The position numbers and the translations under genes were made by a program. DNA of 64,000 nucleotides from Monocercomonoides exilis PA203 (taxonomy: Eukaryota; Protista; Preaxostyla). Location of the stretch: positions 248,001 through 312,000 of the forward strand of contig LSRY02000059.1 of the NCBI GenBank assembly GCA_001643675.2, in the 5' to 3' direction. Positions 60,226 to 64,000 of this stretch are shown in pieces. Positions within the stretch are counted from its first letter, which is position 1. Every line of letters begins with the position of its first letter. A model generated the notes under the pieces. That model saw only the letters and a list, made by a program, of their open reading frames with translations. It was not told where the DNA came from and searched no databases.

Positions 60226-61200
60226 ATGTCTACTGAAGAATACAAACCAGCTTCGCAAGAAGAGATGAATGCCGAACTTATTCCTCTTGTTGATGAAAAT
60301 GACCATATCATTGGTTCGGCAGCGAAAATGGAAGGTATTTTTTCTATTTTATGTATAAATCTTAAATTCAAATCTTTTTTATCAATTGTGATTTAAGCTC
60401 ATTACTTTAATTCTGAACATGAAAAATCAAAGCTTCATCGCGCATTTAGCGTTCTCCTTTTTGATTCAAATGGAAAGTTGTTGGTTCAGAGGAGATCAGC
60501 AGAGAAGTTGACGTTTCCTTTGTTGTGGGCTAATACATGTTGTAGTCATCCTCTTTTTTCAATTCCCCAAGAATGTGGTCCAAATCCAGCTGAAGGTATC
60601 TTTTGATAATTATGCAAAAAGATAATTTGTACTTTAATTTTCTTTTAAGGTGTTAAACGAGCCGCAATCAGAAGAATGAAGTTTGAGCTTGGAGTTCCAA
60701 CAGACTTTTTAAAATTAGAAGATTATCATCTTGTCGGGAGAATGAGATATTATTCTCCTTCGTTTTCGATAACTGTTGATGAAAAAAAAGTGAATTTAGC
60801 AGAAAATGAAAGTTTTGATATTTAAATATTATCAACCTTTTTTTATCTCTTTATCACTGTTTATTTGTTTATATATTTCCAGTCGATTATATATTGATTG
60901 CTCAAACAAAAGTCCCTATTCCATTAAATATCAATAAAGATGAAATTGCAGAAGTTCGCTATATTTCACGAGAAGAACTTCCAGCATTTTTAGAGAAAGA
61001 AGTCTGCTTTCATTGTATTATTTTCAAGAAATTTATGTGTAATTAATTTTTCCAATATTTTTTTGTAGCCCATTTCTCCATGGTTTCGCCATATCTGCAA
61101 CTCCATGCTTCCTGCTGTGTGGAGTGAATATATTGATGAAGGGAAAGGATGCAAGGAATGGACTGAGCCTACAGACCTTCCAGAAATTAAGGAAATGTAA
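60226..61200 (+). CDS. IDI1: Isopentenyl-diphosphate delta-isomerase type 1, 5 exons
   Basis: Exons 60226-60334, 60398-60595, 60650-60811, 60883-61001 and 61069-61200 give [60 protein letters not shown] and SPWF. Not in the ORF track. Confidence 0.95.
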
Positions 61201-61716
61201 ATACAAAATTGTTTTATGGATAATTTGAGAAATATGAATGTTCATAACAGTTTTGTTGTGAAATTTTGACTTGTTCGAAAAGAAAAGAACTGAAATTAAA
61301 GCAGATTATGAATTTTACAAAATAATTTTCAATAAATTTTTGAGGAATTTTTTCATATACACGTAGTTTTTTTGTGTATTGAAAATATGCATGCATTGAA
61401 TTCAATGTTTTTTATTGTTGCCTATGACAGCATTTGGAAAAGAAAGAAAGAAAGAAACTTTGTTTGAGATGAATAAAGGATTCATTGAATGTTTTGACAA
61501 ATTAAATGAGTAACAGTTTTCTGTTTTTTGATAAATGTGATTTTGAAAGTCTTTTGACAATAAAGCTTACCAGTTGTAAAAGAATTTTCGGTCTTTTTCC
61601 ATAGATTCTTAAACTCAACAGATAAAGAATAAAATAATTGCAAAATGAAAGAGAGTTAGATATTGAGAAACACATTTAAAAATGAAACGAATTTTATTTT
61701 CAAATAAATTTGCCTT

Positions 61717-64000
<2,284 letters not shown>

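Overview
Gene-dense eukaryotic DNA with short AT-rich GT-AG introns, GC-richer long exons, the standard genetic code and proteins swollen by Ser/Glu/Ala low-complexity inserts. Flagellar genes (DRC8, BBIP1, KATNAL2), CIA1 and a giant beta-helix-type surface protein fit a flagellate protist; the overall style suggests an oxymonad such as Monocercomonoides (inference only). The first ~8 kb is an accessory, decayed zone: a low-complexity pseudogene, a disrupted hAT transposase and three different foldback/MITE elements. Two of these have clear 4-bp target duplications, and excising the one inside the transposase restores its reading frame. Next come a 2.9-kaa modular type-I membrane protein, CIA1, a USP7-like deubiquitinase, class-I-like PI3K, DRC8, an ARF GTPase, a ZUP1/Mug105-like peptidase, a Pumilio-repeat protein and BBIP1 (59 aa, missing from the ORF track). 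The rest holds a REase-like/FunK1-type pseudokinase, a 2.7-kaa candidate Treslin/Sld3, an intronless bacterial-type PLP enzyme with a 13-Cys tail, a SUT/SLC45 transporter, IDI1 (also missing from the ORF track) and the 3' part of KATNAL2. Family calls come from motif recognition by eye; no database search was run.
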